DNA of 64,000 nucleotides from an uncultured delta proteobacterium (lineage in GTDB: Bacteria; Myxococcota_A; Polyangia; Polyangiales; Polyangiaceae). Positions 62,579 through 64,000 of the stretch are shown piece after piece. A model generated the notes under the pieces. The model was not told where the DNA came from, did not search any database, and saw nothing but the letters and a program-made list of their open reading frames with translations. The stretch's first letter is position 1; each line of letters starts with the position of its first letter. The position numbers and the translations under genes are program-made. The stretch is from the NCBI GenBank assembly GCA_963806225.1, contig CAWDXG010000004.1, positions 2,144,001-2,208,000 on the forward strand, written 5' to 3'.

Positions 62579-63073
62579 ATGGGTGATCTGAAGAAAGCCG
62601 CCGGCCAGATGTCCGGCAAGGCCGCGCTCGCGACCGCCAGGGATGCCGCCGCGCGTGCCATCCAGGACGTGCTGTCAACCGATGAGGAGCGCGCCGCAAG
62701 GGAGGCGGAACGGGCTGCAGCGGCGAAGCGCAAGCGCACCAAGTGGATAGTCCTCGGAGTGATCGGCTTGCTGGTGCTGATCGGCGTGATCGGGATGGCG
62801 CTCCACTACTGGCATTGGTTCCTGCTCCTGGGGCTCGTCGCGCTGGCGACCCTGTACGGCCAGTACCGCTGGCGCAGGTTCCGCAAGTCGGAGAAGAACG
62901 CCGACAAGAAGGCGGAGCCTGCCCGTGCGCAGCAGAGCCGCACGAGGCCCGAGCCCCGTGGTGCGCCCCCGGTGGCGCCCCCGCCGATCGTCGAGGAAGT
63001 GGATGCGGAGCCCGACGCCTCGATCGAAGACGAGCTCGCCGCACTGAAGGCGCGCGTCAAGAAGCAGGGTTGA
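62579..63073 (+). CDS. Hypothetical membrane protein
   Basis: Two TM helices; C-terminal IEDELAALKARV. Confidence 0.65.
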   Translation: MGDLKKAAGQMSGKAALATARDAAARAIQDVLSTDEERAAREAERAAAAKRKRTKWIVLGVIGLLVLIGVIGMALHYWHWFLLLGLVALATLYGQYRWRRFRKSEKNADKKAEPARAQQSRTRPEPRGAPPVAPPPIVEEVDAEPDASIEDELAALKARVKKQG

Positions 63074-63156
63074 AGGGCGCGCGTCCCGATAGCGCGAAGA
63101 GCGGCTGGAGCCAGACTGTTTCGCCGTGTTCCGGCCTGTGGCACTGTGCACGCCGC

Positions 63157-64000
63157 ATGCGAACCGCGTTCGTTACCGGCGCGACCGGCTTCCTCGGTTG
63201 CGAGCTCGCGCGCCAGCTCGCCGAGCGTCGCGTCGCCGTGACGGCGCTGACCCGCACGGGCGCGCTGCCGGGCGGACTGGAGGCGATGGGCGTCCGGCCG
63301 CTGGCGGGGGATCTCGACGACGCGAAGCTACTGGAGAGCGCGCTCGCGGACGTGGACGCCGTATTCCACGTGGCCGCCAACGTCGGCATGTGGCGCGGCC
63401 GCTGGGCGGAGAGCTTCCGCACCAACGTGATCGGCACGCGCACGATGGTTGACGCCGCGCTCGCGGGTCGCGTCGGGATCTTCGTACACACGTCCTCCGC
63501 CAGCACGATCGGCAAGCCGCCCGAGGCGCAGCAGGGCGTGGAGGTCCGCGTCGACGAGCACAGCGACTACAACCTGGAGCCGCTGCAGATGGTGTATCCG
63601 CACACCAAGTGGCTCGCCGAGCAGGAGGTGCTGCGCGGCGCCGGAGAGGGCCTTTCCGCGGTCATCGCCCATCCGACCGCCGTGTTCGGGCCGGGCGACT
63701 GGAAGCACAATCTGCTGCCGCTGTTCCGCGCCGCCAAGCGCGGCACCGCGCTGGCCGTGCCGCGCGGCATCCGGACCACGTGTGACGTGCGCGACGTTGC
63801 ACGCGCGCACCTCGCGCTGGCAGAGCGCGGTCGCCCCGGCGAGCGCTACATCCTCGGCGGCGAGTCGTTGTCGGTGCGCGACCTCATGACGCGGATCGCC
63901 CGCGTGGTGGGCGGGCGCCGGCCGCTCTTCACCCTGCCCGACGCGGCAATCCTGCGCGTGGGCGCGCTGATGGACGCGGTCGCGGAGGCTACTGGTCGCC
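63157..64000 (+). CDS. NAD-dependent epimerase/dehydratase (dihydroflavonol reductase-like), truncated by the window end
   Basis: MRTAFVTGATGFLG, VFHVAA, NVIGT, HTSS, YPHTK, PTAVFGPGD, GERYILGG. Confidence 0.88.
   Translation, partial: MRTAFVTGATGFLGCELARQLAERRVAVTALTRTGALPGGLEAMGVRPLAGDLDDAKLLESALADVDAVFHVAANVGMWRGRWAESFRTNVIGTRTMVDAALAGRVGIFVHTSSASTIGKPPEAQQGVEVRVDEHSDYNLEPLQMVYPHTKWLAEQEVLRGAGEGLSAVIAHPTAVFGPGDWKHNLLPLFRAAKRGTALAVPRGIRTTCDVRDVARAHLALAERGRPGERYILGGESLSVRDLMTRIARVVGGRRPLFTLPDAAILRVGALMDAVAEATGR

Overview
This is high-GC bacterial DNA that most resembles Myxococcota (Polyangia/Sorangium-like), judged from a MYXO-CTERM protein, many Cys-rich lipoproteins and an OmpA-TSP3 protein. 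Core loci are accA, gap-pgk-tpiA-secG, an isc operon (iscS-iscU-iscA-hscB-hscA-fdx), tRNA-fMet and katG. Several conserved genes carry single-base frameshifts that look like sequencing or assembly errors. Three signals stand out. (1) A tandem array of small integrase-less units is anchored at the tRNA-fMet 3' end, with four copies of a 9-bp core (CCCGCGCAA). Each copy is followed by a terminator hairpin, three are preceded by a conserved arm, and the array ends at an integrase remnant. (2) The isc operon is headed by a MerR-family regulator rather than IscR. It has a C-terminal four-Cys motif and a MerR-type 19-bp-spacer promoter containing a dyad operator. (3) Many genes show a TAnnnT-N6-7-start leaderless architecture. 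Further observations include a nested hairpin between hscB and hscA, 11-bp-period SARP-like boxes, and a perfect 22-bp-stem hairpin inside an apparent gene fusion. All product calls come from motif recognition by eye; no database searches were run.
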